A DNA stretch of 64,000 nucleotides from Glaucostegus cemiculus. Lineage: Eukaryota. This document shows positions 48,236-61,414 of this stretch, piece after piece. The stretch covers positions 4,960,001 to 5,024,000 of the forward strand of contig CDPCPM010000157.1 of NCBI GenBank assembly GCA_976551045.1, written 5' to 3'. The translations under genes were made by a program, and so were the position numbers. How positions within the stretch are numbered: position 1 is the first letter of the stretch; the number at the start of each line of letters is the position of its first letter. The notes beneath the pieces are model-generated. The model was not told where the DNA came from. It ran no database searches and was given only the letters and a program-made list of their open reading frames with translations.

Positions 48236-48914
48236 CCCCAGGGTGACACATTTTTCCCTTCTGCAACATACCCTCACACACACACACAAAGAAAGACACA
48301 CACACTCAGACACTCACATGTACACGTACACACACTCTCTAACACATACACCCTAACACACACAAACACACACTCTCAGACACACACACACACACATAAG
48401 AATATGGCCCCTTCCAGCTCAAGAGATTTTGGCACTAAGCCAATTTTAACTCATTCTCCAACATACAGGAAGGAGAATCTGCCCGTACAAGTTTGATTAG
48501 CTGTCTCTTTAATGATTCCTCGAAGGAAAACATTCTCTTTGAGGAATGTACTGAAGGACTTGAGATAAGACTGACATCAGCCTGCCTTGCTCAGATTAAT
48601 TAGGTACTGCAAGAGGCAAGACAAAATTGGATTTCTCCCCCTTGAAGCAATAACTGATGATCCTGCCAGGACTTCAGCGCTGCAGATCCCTGTCGCAGCT
48701 TCCAGAAGGTTGCAAATGGGTCAAAAGGTCAAAGATATGTCTGAAAACGGGAGAAGGCGGCAACTTGGGCCTTCGAGTCTATGCCTGTTCCACAAGCAAT
48801 CACTCAAACCTGCCTCCTTCCCCACTTATTTCCCTGTAACCTATCCTCTCTCGAATGCCACAGAGTCATAGAGTCACACAACACAGAAACAGAACCTCCA
48901 TCTCACTGAGTCCA

Positions 48915-50375
48915 GAAGACCATAAGACATAGGAGCAGAATTAGGCCATTCGGCCCATCGGGTCTGCTCTGCCATTCGATCGTGGCTGATTTATTTTTCC
49001 CTCTCAACCCCATTCTCTTGCCTTCTCCCCATAACTTTTTACACCTTTACTAATCAAAAACCTACCAACCTCTGGACATCCTTCTATTCTGAGGCTGTGC
49101 CCTCTGGTCCTAGACTCTCCCATTGCTGGAAACATCCTCTCCACATCCACTCACTCTGTCCAGTCCTTTCAATATTTGGTAGATTTCAATGAGATTCCCT
49201 ACTTATCCTTCTAAACTCAAGAATAGGCCCAGAGCCATCAAACGCTCCTCAAACATTAACCCCTTCGTTCCCAGGATCATTCTTGTAAACCTCCTCTGGA
49301 CCCTCACCAGGGCCAGCACATCCTTCCTTAGATATGGGGCCCAAAACTGCTCACAAATACTCCAAGTGCGGTCTAACCAATGCCTTATAAAGCCTCAGCA
49401 TTACATCCTTGCTTTTATATCCTTGTCCTCTCAAAACCAATGCTAACATTGCATTTGCCTTCCTTACGACTGACTCAACCTTCAAGTTAACCTTTAGGGA
49501 GTCCTGTACTAGGACTCCCAAGTCCCTTTGCACCTCTGATTTCTGAATTTGTTCCCCATTTAGAAAATGGCCTGTGCCTTTATTCCTTCTACCAACGTGC
49601 ATGACCGTATACTTCCCTAAGCTGTGCTCCATCTGCCATTACTTTGCCCATTCTCCCAACCTGTCCAAGTCCTTCTGCAGACTCCCTGCTTCCTCAACAC
49701 TATCTGCCCTGCATCTACCTTGGTATCATCTGCAAACTTGGCCACAAAGCCATCAATTTTGTCATCCAGATCATTAACACATAACATGAAAAGTTGCGGA
49801 ATCAACACCGACCCCTGGGGAAACACCACTCATCACTGGCAGCCAACTGGAAAAGGTCCCCTTTATTCCCACTCTTTGCCTTCTGCCAGTCGGTCAATCT
49901 TCTATCCATACTAGTACCTTTCCTGTAATACCATGGGCTCCTATCTTGTTTAGCAGCCTCATGTGCTCCACCTTGTCAAAGGCCTTCTCCTCAGTAATAG
50001 TGACGACACTCACTTCTGCCCCCTGACTCTCTCGAAATTCTGGCATGTTGCTGGTGTCTTCCACAGTGAAGACTGATGCAAGGTACTTACTCAGTTCGTC
50101 TGTTATTTCTTTGTTCCCCATTACTCCCTCTCCAGCAGTATGATGCCCATTCTTCCTTCTCTTTATATACCTGAAAAAACTTTTGTTATCATCTTTTATA
50201 TTATTGGCCGGCTTACCTTCATATTTCATCTTTTCTCCCTTATTGCTTTTTTAGTTGCCTTGTTGGCTTTTAAAAGCTTCCCAATCTTCTAGCCTCACAC
50301 TAATTTTTTTGCAATATTCTATGCCCTCTCTTTGGCTTTTATGCTGTCTTTGACTTCACTTGTCAGCTACAGTTG
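48915..50375 (-). mobile_element. CR1 LINE fragment with RT remnant (internally deleted)
   Basis: Minus: KSFFRYIK, KAFDKVEHMRLLNKI.AHGI.GKVL.WIED, PQGSVL.PQLF..NDLD..VAKFADDTKV, LYKALVRPHLEY. Confidence 0.93.
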
Positions 50376-51082
50376 TCTTAGCTGGGGAACAGAGTTTCTG
50401 ATGAGAAACTTCTGAATATGATGAGAGTCTTTTCAATATTTGCTTGGAGGGAATTTCTTCTCAGCCAGTTGTCTCTGCTACCCATACCCTCCCTCACACC
50501 AAGTCCCGCTCATCCATCAACTCTTGTGTCAGGCAGATTCGGTTAATGTATGCTTTTGTTTAAAAATTCTCAATTCGGCTCCCTCTACAGCCTCACCCTC
50601 TCTCTCACTGCAGCCTCCCTCATTCCTACAATGTTCTGGCATACCCACTTACTTTGGCCTCCTAATTAGTTCCCTTCAGCTTCTGGTTGTCAAAGCCATA
50701 AACCCTGGGCTTCACTCCCTCAAACACATCGCTATTCTTCCTTCCTTTAAGCCACACCTTGGTCTTTGACCAAAACTTTGGTCATCACTTGATGTGATTC
50801 GGTGTCAGATTTTGTTTCAGAACCTTCCATTGAAACCCTTTGGGGATGCTTTGCCATATAGAGGGATATGGGCCAAACGCAGGCAAATGGGACTAGCGTA
50901 GTTGGGCACCATGGTTAGCATGGATGAGTTGGGCAGAAAGGTCCGTTTCCATGCTATATTGCTCTATGGTTATGTTAAAGTTTTGTCTTGTTGATATTAA
51001 AAATTCCAAGGCATGGCAATTACAGAAAGAATCAATGAGTTCTTCCAGAGTGCTAACCAACATGACACCACTCAATGAAAAT

Positions 51083-51312
51083 GGGGCGACACGATAGCGT
51101 AGCAGTTAGCACAACGCTGTTACAGCGCCAGCGATCAGGGTTCGATTCCCGTCGCTTACTGTAAGGAGTTTGTACGTTCTCCCGTGTCTGCATGGGTTTC
51201 CTCCGGGTGCTCCGGTTTCCTCCCACATTCTAAAAGATGTACGGGTAGGTTAATTTGGGGGTTTAAAATGGGCGGCGTGGACTCATTGGACGCTGTAAAT
51301 AAAATTTAATTT
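51083..51312 (+). mobile_element. V-SINE (same subfamily as 6557-6807)
   Basis: cacgatagcgtagcagttagc..gggttcgattccc..ctccgggtgctccggtttcctcccaca. Confidence 0.9.
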
Positions 51313-51799
51313 GATTTAAAAAACTGAATCTGCCCCCCCCGCCCCGCCCCCCTCCCGGAAGTACTGGAAATCTGAAACAAAAACAGAAAGTACCAGGAAA
51401 ACTCAGCGTTCCAGGCAAGCAGCATCCACAGAAAGAGATAAAGCCAACACTTCAGGTTCCAAAATGTTCCAAAGGTTCTCAGACCTGAAGTATTTATCTC
51501 TTCATGTGTTCGAGGATGCTACTTGGTATGCTGAACGGTTCCAGTATTTTCTGGGTTTTTTAACCGCACTCAATTACTTCCTCTCATCACTGTGTGTGGG
51601 ATCTTACTGTGTATGGCTGCTGCATTCACCTACGTAACAGACCAAGATAATTCCAGTAGAGAATTTTGAAATGGACAAAAATGCTGCAGAACTGTAATCC
51701 ATTTCTGAACGCATTCCTAATGCTACAATGAATTCTAATGTTTGCAGAGTGTGACAAATCAGTTTCTGCCGATTTTTAGCTAAGTTCTATAACAAATCT

Positions 51800-52510
51800 G
51801 CAGGCGACCAGCAGACGCAGAGGGGTACAGACTGGTGAAATGGGCTGACAGATGGCAGGTGATATATTTAATGCTGAGGTGTGTGAACTGATACATTTTA
51901 AAGAGAGGCAACATAAACTAAAAGAGGATACAGGAACAGAGAGGTGTATGGACACATATGTCTGAAAGTGACAAGTCAAGAAGACTATTGAGGAAGTATA
52001 CAAGGTTCGTTACTTGTGCTTCACTTTTATTAATAGGTATTTATAAGCTGCAGTTGGAGCACTGTGCTCAATTCTCTACATCACAGTTTAACAACGATAT
52101 CAAAATCTTAGAATGCAGGAGAGATGTATTAAATGGAACTTCAAATATAGAGAAGTTAAATTGGTGTCCTTAAAGCAAGGCTAAGGGGAGATCTAGCAAA
52201 GGTGATAAAGATTATTTGTATTTGACAAAGATGTTTCAAAGGCAATAGAGTTGGTAACCAGATTACAGTGATTTCAAGTAGTAAGAGAAGGAATTATAAG
52301 CAGCTCTGGAGCTTGTATATTTGTAGCACAGTGTGTCGTTAATGGCCTGGAGCGTTCTGACTGAAAAGGTGGTGGAAACAGGACCAATAAGCTGCTTTCA
52401 AAAGAGAATTGAATATTTTGTTGAAAGAGAAACATTGCAGGGATATGGAGAGAGAGGACTGAGAAATGGACAATGCATTCAGTGTGCCAGGCACGGTGAG
52501 TCAAATAACC
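51800..52510 (+). mobile_element. Old degenerate CR1 fragment
   Basis: tgggctgacagatggcag..gtgtgaactgatacatttt; LEHCAQF; ggggagatcta. Confidence 0.6.
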
Positions 52511-52534
52511 TCCTTTGCTGCCTGAACCAATATT

Positions 52535-52990
52535 CTCAGAGCATTCTGACTGGTTGCATCACAGCCTGGTATGGAGCCTCCAATGCACAGGATCGCAAGA
52601 GGCTGCAGACAGCTGTAGACTCAGCCAGCTCCATCACGGGCACAACCCTCCCTGCCATCAAGGACATCTTCAAGAGGCGGTGTCTCAAGAAGGCAGCATC
52701 CATCACTAAGGACCCTCACCACCCTGGACACGCCCTCTTCTTACTACCATCGGGGAGGACGTACAGGAGCCTGAAGACCCACACTCAAACAATCCAGGAA
52801 CAGATTTGTCCCCTCCGCCATCAGATTTCTGAATGATCCATGAACCCATGAACACTACCTCGTTATTCCTTTTTATTTTGCACTATTTATTTTTGTAATT
52901 TATAGATTTTCATGTCTTTGCACTGTGCTGCTGCCGCTAAACAACAAATTTTATGACGTATGTCAGTGATAATAAACCTGATTCTGATTC
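52535..52990 (+). mobile_element. Rex1/Babar 3' fragment
   Basis: SILTGCITAWYGASNAQDRKRLQ..KKAASITKDPHHPGHALF.LLPSGRTYRSLK. Confidence 0.9.
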
Positions 52991-55037
52991 CCTTTTGCTC
53001 CCTATAAAAGCTTTTCATCTTCGGTTCTGAGGCAGGACATTGTGGAGAGAGGTCAACATTGAAAACCTGCCACCAGTGTGTGGACATTCAGCCTTTCAGT
53101 TTGAGGTTCTCCAACAGCAACAGCAAGTTCTCCCAAAGGGTGAGAGGAATGGTTGCCAATTCTGCATTGAATGGAATAGGAAGATCCCATTTGACATCTG
53201 GGTCTTTGCAAAGCCATTTGACCTCAGCTATAACAGTGCAGTTGGCGGAATCTCCCTTGGTTAAAATGAACTAGCAATTCTGCTTCTCACGCTCAGTCTG
53301 TGAGCTTCAATGATGGTCCACATCTATGGGTGTCCCTGGTTTGGCTCTTGTTGAATATCTCACCAGGAGCCACCATCAAAGATTCGACAGAAATATCTAC
53401 AAGGGCAAGCCACTGACAGCAATGACCATAGAGCTGTAGCTCAAAGGAAGGCTCAAAACCCTCAACATTCAAGGTAAAAGAAGAATTGGGGGGTGGGGAG
53501 AGGAACTGGGCAGATTTCCAGTAATGAACAGCATTAAAATTAGCAGCCACAGCATCTGCTACAAATGTTCCCTCAAAGGCCACTGCCAACAACTGCAACA
53601 TGTTTAGCAGCTGTCAAGAGAGAGATGGGCTCTGGAATGTTTTGAAAGCAGTTTGAGAATCTGCTGAAAGAGAATAGAGTCACTGGGCTCATTCATCAAC
53701 AGAGGCAAAACCCTGTCTCATGGCTGGTCTCAAGGCCAAAAAAAGTCAAAGTACAGTGTGTTCTGACCACAGTTACAATGAAAGGACTGTGAAAAAGACC
53801 AGAGACTCAAGAGTCCTGATGCAGGGTCTCAACATGAAACAGTGACTATCCCTTTGCCTCCACAGAGGTTCCTTGACCCAGAGTCTCCCCAGCAGTTTGT
53901 TTATTGCTGTGAAAAAGACTGCCTCACAAACTAGATATACCAAGGCAACTTCCTCATTCTACATTTTATAACTTCTAACAAGAAACCATCAGTAAGTAAA
54001 GTCACAGTAAGGTCAATCTATATTTTTGTGAGGAGATTTGCTCTGAGGTTCCATGAGACAGAGGCCTATCAATAACCCATGCTCCCTTCAAGTGTGCATT
54101 TACCTGACAAACTCGTGTCCTATTTATCCTTAAATGCTGCACTAACTCCATTGGTTTTTGGATAAAGTTCAACTACACTGTTCATCCATTAAAACTCAAC
54201 ACCTCACCATTCCCATTCCACCAAGTTCCAAACCCATTGCCCTCACTTTTGGAATCTACACCGTCTTGCTCCACTTCTCTATTGCAAACTTACCCCCATT
54301 AAAGCCCTGGCCTATATTCCAGGCAAACAGCTCTCCGGTCCTCTGTTTCATCCCATCTACTGTGATTACTTGGTGATCAGGGGCTCGCACCTTCCAAGGC
54401 ACCATGCTCTGATTTAGCTTTACTAAAAAATTTTTACCTTCAGTGTCGCCTTTAAGAAATTCCTGAAAACCCATCTTGCTAACAATACTTCTGGCATCTC
54501 TCCAAATTACACAAACTATCACCATAAATTTACAATTCTACAAATTATTCAAACTGTCTCTTTACTCAGTGTGGTGCCTCAGAACCCATAATTGTGTAAA
54601 AGATGGTTGCTCTTATTCAGGGTCTGTTGGCGTATCCATCTTGATTCAGTGACATCGGAATATGTCTTACGATTCAAGTGTCAAGTGGCTGACTCACATT
54701 ATCCCACATATACTTGAACCAGGTGAGAATTTAGGCAGCTTAACAATGGAACTTCCTTGTAACTTGAAGGAATATCAGTGTCTTTTCTGTAATCACCTCT
54801 TCAAGACAGATAAGGAGATTGCCTCATACTCTGGTGCTCCATGGCCGCTGTGTACACCATCTATAATGTGCAGTTTTTTCTGCTGCACCTCCCCAAACCC
54901 ATGACATCTGTCATTTTGCTGCTGGATATTGAAGGGCTTGAGTCTGGTGGGGAAGCCCCTCAAACAATGACAGGGGTTATCACCCCATGGGGGGGCCACA
55001 TGAGTGGCAATGGTGCTATGTGAAAACAAAAAAATGC

Positions 55038-55325
55038 AGGCACAGTAGTGCAGTGGTTAGCGTAACGCTATTACAGTGCCAGTGACCCGGGTTCAATTCT
55101 GCCTGTTGTCTGTAAGGAGTTTGCACTTTCTCCCCATGTCTGCGTGGGTTTCCTCCGGGTGCTCCGGTTTCCTCCCACATTCCAAAGACATACAGGTTAG
55201 GAAGTTGTGGGCGTGCTCTGTTGGCGCCGGATGCGTGGCGACACTTGCGGGCTGCCCCCAGAACACTCGACGCAAAAGATGGATTTCACTGTGTGTTTCA
55301 ATGTACATGTGACTAATAAAGAAAT
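55038..55325 (+). mobile_element. V-SINE with Rex-type tail
   Basis: ggcacagtagtgcagtggttagcg head, V-domain, tttcactgtgtgtttcaatgtacatgtgactaataaa tail. Confidence 0.9.
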
Positions 55326-55919
55326 CTATCGAATATACCAATCAAATAACGCTCAGAATGTAAAGAGCTTTGCACTGTTTATCTTTGATTTTATTTTTAT
55401 AATGAATAAAGTGTACTCTTGAAATAAAACAAATCTAAAAGGACAAGGACACCAGGAACTTGTAACTACTTCAGCAGCATACTCCCCACCTCAGTGATTA
55501 GGAAATATATCATTGCCGAGTTAAAATCCTGGACTCCCTACCTAATAGAACATAAACTGCAGAGAAAGCAGCTCACCACCAACATCTCCAGGGAAATTAG
55601 AGATGAGCATTAAACATTGCCCACATTCTGCACGAGGACAGAAAAAAAAATTAAGATGCCTCTTATAAAACGGATAAAGCAGTAATTATCATTAGGTTCA
55701 TTTGGTTCAATAAGTACAATCTATTTCCATATGACAATGAAAACAATGAATGCACAACTTTACCCCACGTCAAAGGCTTGCCTTGCATCAACAATATAAC
55801 TGTTGTACATTCCCAGTCAGTGTTTGGAACAGAAGCTCCCCTCTGCCTGTGGATCTGTGCACTTCGCAGGCTTTTCCCGCCAAGTGTCCTGTTTCTAAGT
55901 CAGACTCCATTTTCTCGTT

Positions 55920-56385
55920 CACAAGCAATCTGCTGGAGGAACTCAGCGGGTCGAGCCGCATCTGTGGGAGGAACGGAATTGCCAATGTTTCAGGTTGAAG
56001 CTCTGCACCCGTTCCAGCAACTGAGTTCCTCCAGCAGATTGTCTGTCGCTGCAGATTCCTGCATCTGCAGTCTCTTGTGTCTCCATTTTCTTGTGTGCGC
56101 TTTTTTTCAAATGTTGTTCCTCAGACAAATCAAATACATGCTCAGCATAATGGGTGAGAAGTGGTTTTGTTTAACTATTTATGCAAACAAACCAACAGAG
56201 ACACAGGAGATTGCAGATGCTGGAATCTGGAGCAACAATCTGCTGGGGGAACTCAGCGGGTCGAGCAGCATCAGTGGGGGGGGGAGGAATAGGACACAGG
56301 GTTTCGACCCGAACACCGATATTTCCTTTTCACCCCCACAGATGATGCTCGACCTGCTGAGTTCCACCAGCAGATTGTTAATTGT
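55920..56385. mobile_element. Two adjacent inverted Penelope-type repeat pairs
   Basis: Pairs at about 55920-56085 and 56197-56385, arms aatctgctggaggaactcag / ctgagttcctccagcagatt. Confidence 0.8.
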
Positions 56386-57109
56386 TAACTAGCCTCTGCA
56401 GAAAACAAGATCCATTTATATATTAGCGACTCTTCCACTAGTTATCCTTATTCTGGAAATCAGTTTGAATGAACCGACATTCTTTCAAAATTTAGCATTA
56501 AAATAAACTCTTTTCCTCACATTATTGGTGAAAATATGACAAGTATGCAGTATAATATATATTTAGTCTATGGTTGCCACTCTTGAATCCAACAGACACT
56601 TGTTGGCAGTGGTATGGGAGGGGAGGGGGGGAGGAACAGCAAGCAGAACTGTTGCCCCTGGCTCAGTCCCAAGTATGAGGGCGTTTATTCAGGAGTTATC
56701 TACCTGAGGCCTCAACAACATCACATCACATACTCATCTCTCATCCTCAATTTCCTTTACATTTTTTTTCTTTTTCCCCTTCTAACGACCCCGATGGGAT
56801 TTGTACAGGCGTTCTATACACTCTGCTCTCTCTTTCTACCTGCAGAGAAAGGCGAAACAATGAAGGTGAACTAATCCTGGTATTCCTCGCAGTTGTGAAA
56901 TCCATTGATCAACAGCTTGAGTGGCTCTGACTCTGCTTCTCCAGTTCCTCATTCAGAGAACCGGAAGTGTAGGTTCAAGGATGTAATCCCGAGGAAGGAA
57001 GGTGGGACGGGACTGGGAGGCAGGGCTGGACTACAGCAGACATTGATTGCTGCCGTACCATTTCTGTTAACTTTGATGTGCCAATTACATCGAGTCACAC
57101 AGCAAAGGC

Positions 57110-57432
57110 ACCTACCACCAGACATAAGGACAGCTTCTACCCCACTGTGATAAGACTATTGAATGGTCCCCTTATATGATAGGATGGACTCTGACCTCAA
57201 TCTCTCTTATGACCTTGCACCTTATTGCACGGCACCTGCTCTGTTGCTATGATACTTTACTCTGTTCTGTTATTGTTTTTACCTGTATTATATCAATGCA
57301 CTCTGTACTAACTCAATGCATTCTGTATTAACTCAATGTAACTGCACATAATAAATTGATCTGCATGATTAGTATGCAAGACAAGTTTTTCACTGTACCT
57401 CAGTACAAGTGACAATAATAAACCAATACCAA
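57110..57432 (+). mobile_element. Rex1/Babar 3' UTR
   Basis: taaggacagcttctaccccactgtgataagact ... gtgacaataataaaccaataccaat. Confidence 0.85.
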
Positions 57433-57695
57433 TGGAAACATACCCTTTGGTCCACCAATTCATCCTGACCATCAAGCACCCATTCACACTAATCCTATCC
57501 TATTCCCATTTTATTCACCCCACATTCCCATCGACTCCCCCTAGATTCCACCACTCATCTACACGTTTACAGTGGCAGTGAACCTAGCAACCAGCATGGT
57601 TTTGAGATGTGGGAGGAACCCAGAGCACTCAAAGTAAACCTGCATGGTCACAGGGAGAATACGTGAACTCCACACCCGAGGCGAGGATTAAACCT
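57433..57695 (-). mobile_element. V-SINE (CR1-type tail), 5' truncated
   Basis: gatgtgggaggaaccc..ggtcacagggagaa on +. Confidence 0.75.
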
Positions 57696-58305
57696 TCTAT
57701 AGGGGGACCATTGAGAGCATCCTAACCCAATATATCACTGTTTGGTTTGGAAGCTGCTCAGCTGCTGGGCGGAAGTCCCTCCAGAGGATAGTTAGGGCTG
57801 CGGAGAGGATCATAGGTGTCTCGCTTCCATCCCTCACAGACATATACAAGGACCGTTGTGTGAGGAAGACCAAAAGCATAATGGCCGACCCTTCTCACCC
57901 CTCCCATCACCTCTTTACAATTTTGCCATCAGGGAGGAGGCTTAAGTGTATCAGGGCAAGAACGACCAGGCTGAACAATAGCTTCTTTCCACAAGCCATC
58001 TGAACTGCAAACTCTCTCATCCCTCCATCTTCCTTGTTAACACTAAGAGATGCTAGGTGCACAGAAATGCACCAGCCCGTTCACTTTAATAACTATTTAT
58101 CAGCCATCTATAATTTAATCTGCATATTAATTTAATTTTAACTTCCGTAGTTTTTAATGTTTTTTAATGTTTATTTTGTTAAGTGTGTCTGCGTGTCTCT
58201 ATTGGTTGTTATTTAATGGGACGAGCACCTGAGGAGGATGGTATCTCGCTCCTATGCATACCATGTATGTATATGGTTGTGACATTAAAGCTGATTCTGA
58301 TTCTG
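57696..58305 (+). mobile_element. Rex1/Babar 3' fragment, divergent subfamily
   Basis: YRGTIESILTQYITVWFGSCSAAGRKSLQRIVRAAERIIG..DPSHPSHHLF.ILPSGRR; (attctg) tail. Confidence 0.88.
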
Positions 58306-59004
58306 AACGTGGATCGCTGAAGTTGCGCAGTAGCTGTGACTCTCCAGTTTACATAGTCACTCATCTCCAGAACTATCAAGCAAGCTCCACGAACTTGCAT
58401 GGCTGACAGTGAGGAGTTAAATCCTTTATATACAGCTGGAGTCTCAGTCCCACTGCACACCAGCCTTAAGACAGATGTGGTGGGACTGAGACTGCCATCC
58501 CTCTCCTGGAAGGTATGGTTCTGAGAGGGTGTGAATACCTGTGAGACACAGTCACGATGCTATTGTTACGCCTGCATATGAGCAAGGAGTCATGTGACCA
58601 AAGACAGCTTTTATTTTATACAAAATTCACCTCTTCACTGCCTCTTCTCTAACTCCAAAATCCTTATTTTAATCTTAAACTTCCATTTTCAACATAATAA
58701 GGTGACCTTTTACAATGACTGTACGACTTTTCAATCGACATACGACTCCTCTGAAGTGATTGCCGTCACTCTGCCAAACTCCAGTTAAGTTGCCCTTCTG
58801 AGAGCACCTCTTCCCCGCAGTCAGATCAGGAGTCACTGCACCATGGATTGGTCCAGTTCATCTCAGGACCCATCTGCAGCCCACCTTCCTCTCTTTCATC
58901 TTCTGCATCTCGATGTCAGAGTTATCCTACTCTCCGCAATAACCCCTTGGGTGTCAGGATCTTCAACACCATGAAAGGAACAGAACAAAGAAGGAGTGAA
59001 GACT

Positions 59005-59207
59005 TTCTTTGGAGGGAAATAAACAATTGACGTTTTGGGCCAAGACCCCTCATCAGGACCATTCATGTGCCCTGACGAAGGGTCTCGACCTGAAATATCA
59101 AAGGTTTATTTCCCTCCATAGATGCTGCCTGACCTGCTGAGTTCCTCCAGCATTGTGTGTGTGTGTTGCTCCAGATTCCTGCACCTGCACAATCCCTTGC
59201 GTCTCTG
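59005..59207. mobile_element. Inverted Penelope repeat pair with two back-to-back hammerhead motifs
   Basis: Minus 59024-59060 ggtc ctgatga g gggtcttggccc aaaac gtc; plus from 59072 ctgacga a gggtctcgacct gaaat atc. Confidence 0.8.
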
Positions 59208-59264
59208 TGAAGACTTTCTTCTTGCTAACAGAACAACTTCCACTGCCAGAGTCATAGCAACAGG

Positions 59265-59400
59265 GTGTCCCAACGCGCTTCACAGCCAATGAAACATTTT
59301 GAAAGTACGATCATTGATGGTTCATATGCAAATGAGGCAGACCAATTGTCATATACAGAGGAAGATTCCACAACGAGTCAGTAAAGTGATTGACCAGTGC
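59265..59400 (-). mobile_element. DeuSINE 3' part
   Basis: gtcccaacgcgcttcacagccaatgaaacattttgaa is the reverse complement of the AmnSINE1/SacSINE1-type 3' end. Confidence 0.6.
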
Positions 59401-60254
59401 GTCTGGTACCAGTTGAGTGGAAGATCCTTGGTAGTAATGGCCATGACTTTCCAACTTTGGAGCATGGGAACGTTTACACCCAACTGAATGGGCAGGGTTC
59501 GATATTTCAAACTTGCCCGTTCACCTATTTCCACTCTCCCCTCCTCCAATCTACCCATCATCCCTACTCACCTGGATCCACCTATTGCTTCTTAGCTCTT
59601 GCTCCACCCCTTCCCTCCATCTTTTTATGCTAGATATCTCCCCTCTATCTTTTAATCCATATTGAGGGTCTCAACTTGAAATTTTGACTCTCCATTTCTC
59701 TCCACAGATGCTGCCTGACCTGCAGAGTTCGTCCACCATCTTGTGCGTTGCTTCAGGATCTGCAGTTACTTGTGTCTCCTCTTAATTCATGTGATGGACA
59801 GCACCTCTACAAATGCATCACCTCCTCTGTTAACTGGTGTGGGAGAAGAGTTGAGGCCTGGGCTGAACAATGTGGGCTGAAGGGCCTGTACTGTGCTGTA
59901 GTGTTCTATGATCAGACTGAATGGTGGGGCAAGCTTCAGAGGCTTTCTATTGAAGGATTCCAGATCTGAAGTGTTAACCACTTCTCTTTCCACAGTTACG
60001 GTCTGACCCACTGAGTGTTTTTATTCGATGGAGCAGGTGACTTACTCCTGCTCCTGTTTTCTTGTGTTCTTGTGGGTACTGCACAGCAGTACAAGTCAAA
60101 AATAAATGGGAATCTCAAGATTATAAGATTTAACCAATGCTGCAAGAATCTTCATAGTTACTTGATCTATTGACACCTGCTCTTCATAGCAATAGAGTTC
60201 AGAAGAGAAAGCATTTAAGAAGTTTTACAATACTTTGCTAGATCTCTTAGTCAT

Positions 60255-60615
60255 AGACTCAAAGATACAGCAGAGACAGGCCCTTTGGCCCATTGAGTCC
60301 ATGCCATCAACCACCCACTTATACTAATCCCGTATTTTTTCCTCCATTTTTCTTCTTATCAACTCCCTGAAACTCACCTGTACACTAAATGGTAATGAAT
60401 AGATCTGCCGAGAGCAGCTTGCAAAGAGTCACCACACTCTGGGTGACATTTACAGTAGCCTAAGCTACCAACCCACACATCTTTGGGATGTGGGAGGGAA
60501 TGGTAACACTCAGAGGAAACCCACAGGTTCACAGGGAGAAAGTGCAAATGCCACAGAGCCGGCACCCAAGGTCAAGACTGAACTGGGTTTCTGGTGGCAG
60601 GAGACTGCACCACTT
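60255..60615 (-). mobile_element. V-SINE (CR1-type tail), diverged
   Basis: tctttgggatgtgggaggg..gaggaaacccacagg..cacagggagaa on +. Confidence 0.75.
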
Positions 60616-60954
60616 CCCTGAGGCACTTTGAGCACTGACAAGTGGATCACTTTTTCCGGTGGCACTCCATGTTGGAAACCAGCATTCCCTGGTCAGGAGG
60701 ATAAAGCCAGAAACATCTCCTTCTGGCTCAACATAAACCCCTCGGGTTTGTTCAAGAGACCTCCCTCTACTGCACCAGGGGAACAGTTTTCCAGTTTCCA
60801 CACCAACCATCACACTAGATTAAAGGAAGGGCCAGGTTTGATGTTGAGAGACAGCTTCCTTAGGAAGGAATGTCTTGAATAGGGGCACCCTCTCAGGACA
60901 AGGGGGCCAGTCAATTCGGACTGAGATGAGGAGAAACAGGTTTATCAAGAGCAT

Positions 60955-61090
60955 CATACAAAAGTGCTGGAGGAACGCAGGGGTCAGGCAGCATCTGTGG
61001 AGGGAAATGGACAGTTGACATTTCAGGGCAAGACCCTTTGTCTGGACTGGTCCTCCAGCCAGTCATGCCCACTGAGTTCCTCCAGCAACA
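60955..61090. mobile_element. Penelope repeat (minus) with short inverted arm
   Basis: Minus: cagtc cagacaa a gggtcttgccct gaaat gtc aactg. Confidence 0.7.
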
Positions 61091-61414
61091 TAGATAACGT
61101 GGACATTCTTACAGTCTCTTGCTCGGCAGTGACCTTCTTGACTAAGTGCAGACGTCTCAATTAAGGGCTTTGCTATAATGTCTTTTATGTTTTTTCTCTG
61201 ATAGAACAAGGTAATGGTGATGAGACAGTCTTGTTCCAAGCATTTTACCAATAAGGACTCCATTGGAGTTAGTATTCCTTAGTCCTATCTTACCGGTCAC
61301 ACCATTTCAGAGGTTGGTATTGAAGCAATATTGGTGTTGAACTTTTCAGAATTCAGGTAGAAAATTTTTTCAATGGAAAGAGTCCTGGCAACATTTTACA
61401 AGAACATTTGTCAA

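Noticed and set aside
51083-51155. tRNA-like sequence (also at 4336, 6557, 55038)
   Set aside because: SINE heads continuing into the V-domain; no complete cloverleaf or terminator.
1013-58305. Antisense bias of Rex fragments relative to the gene (about 10 plus vs 5 minus)
   Set aside because: Too few copies to be meaningful.
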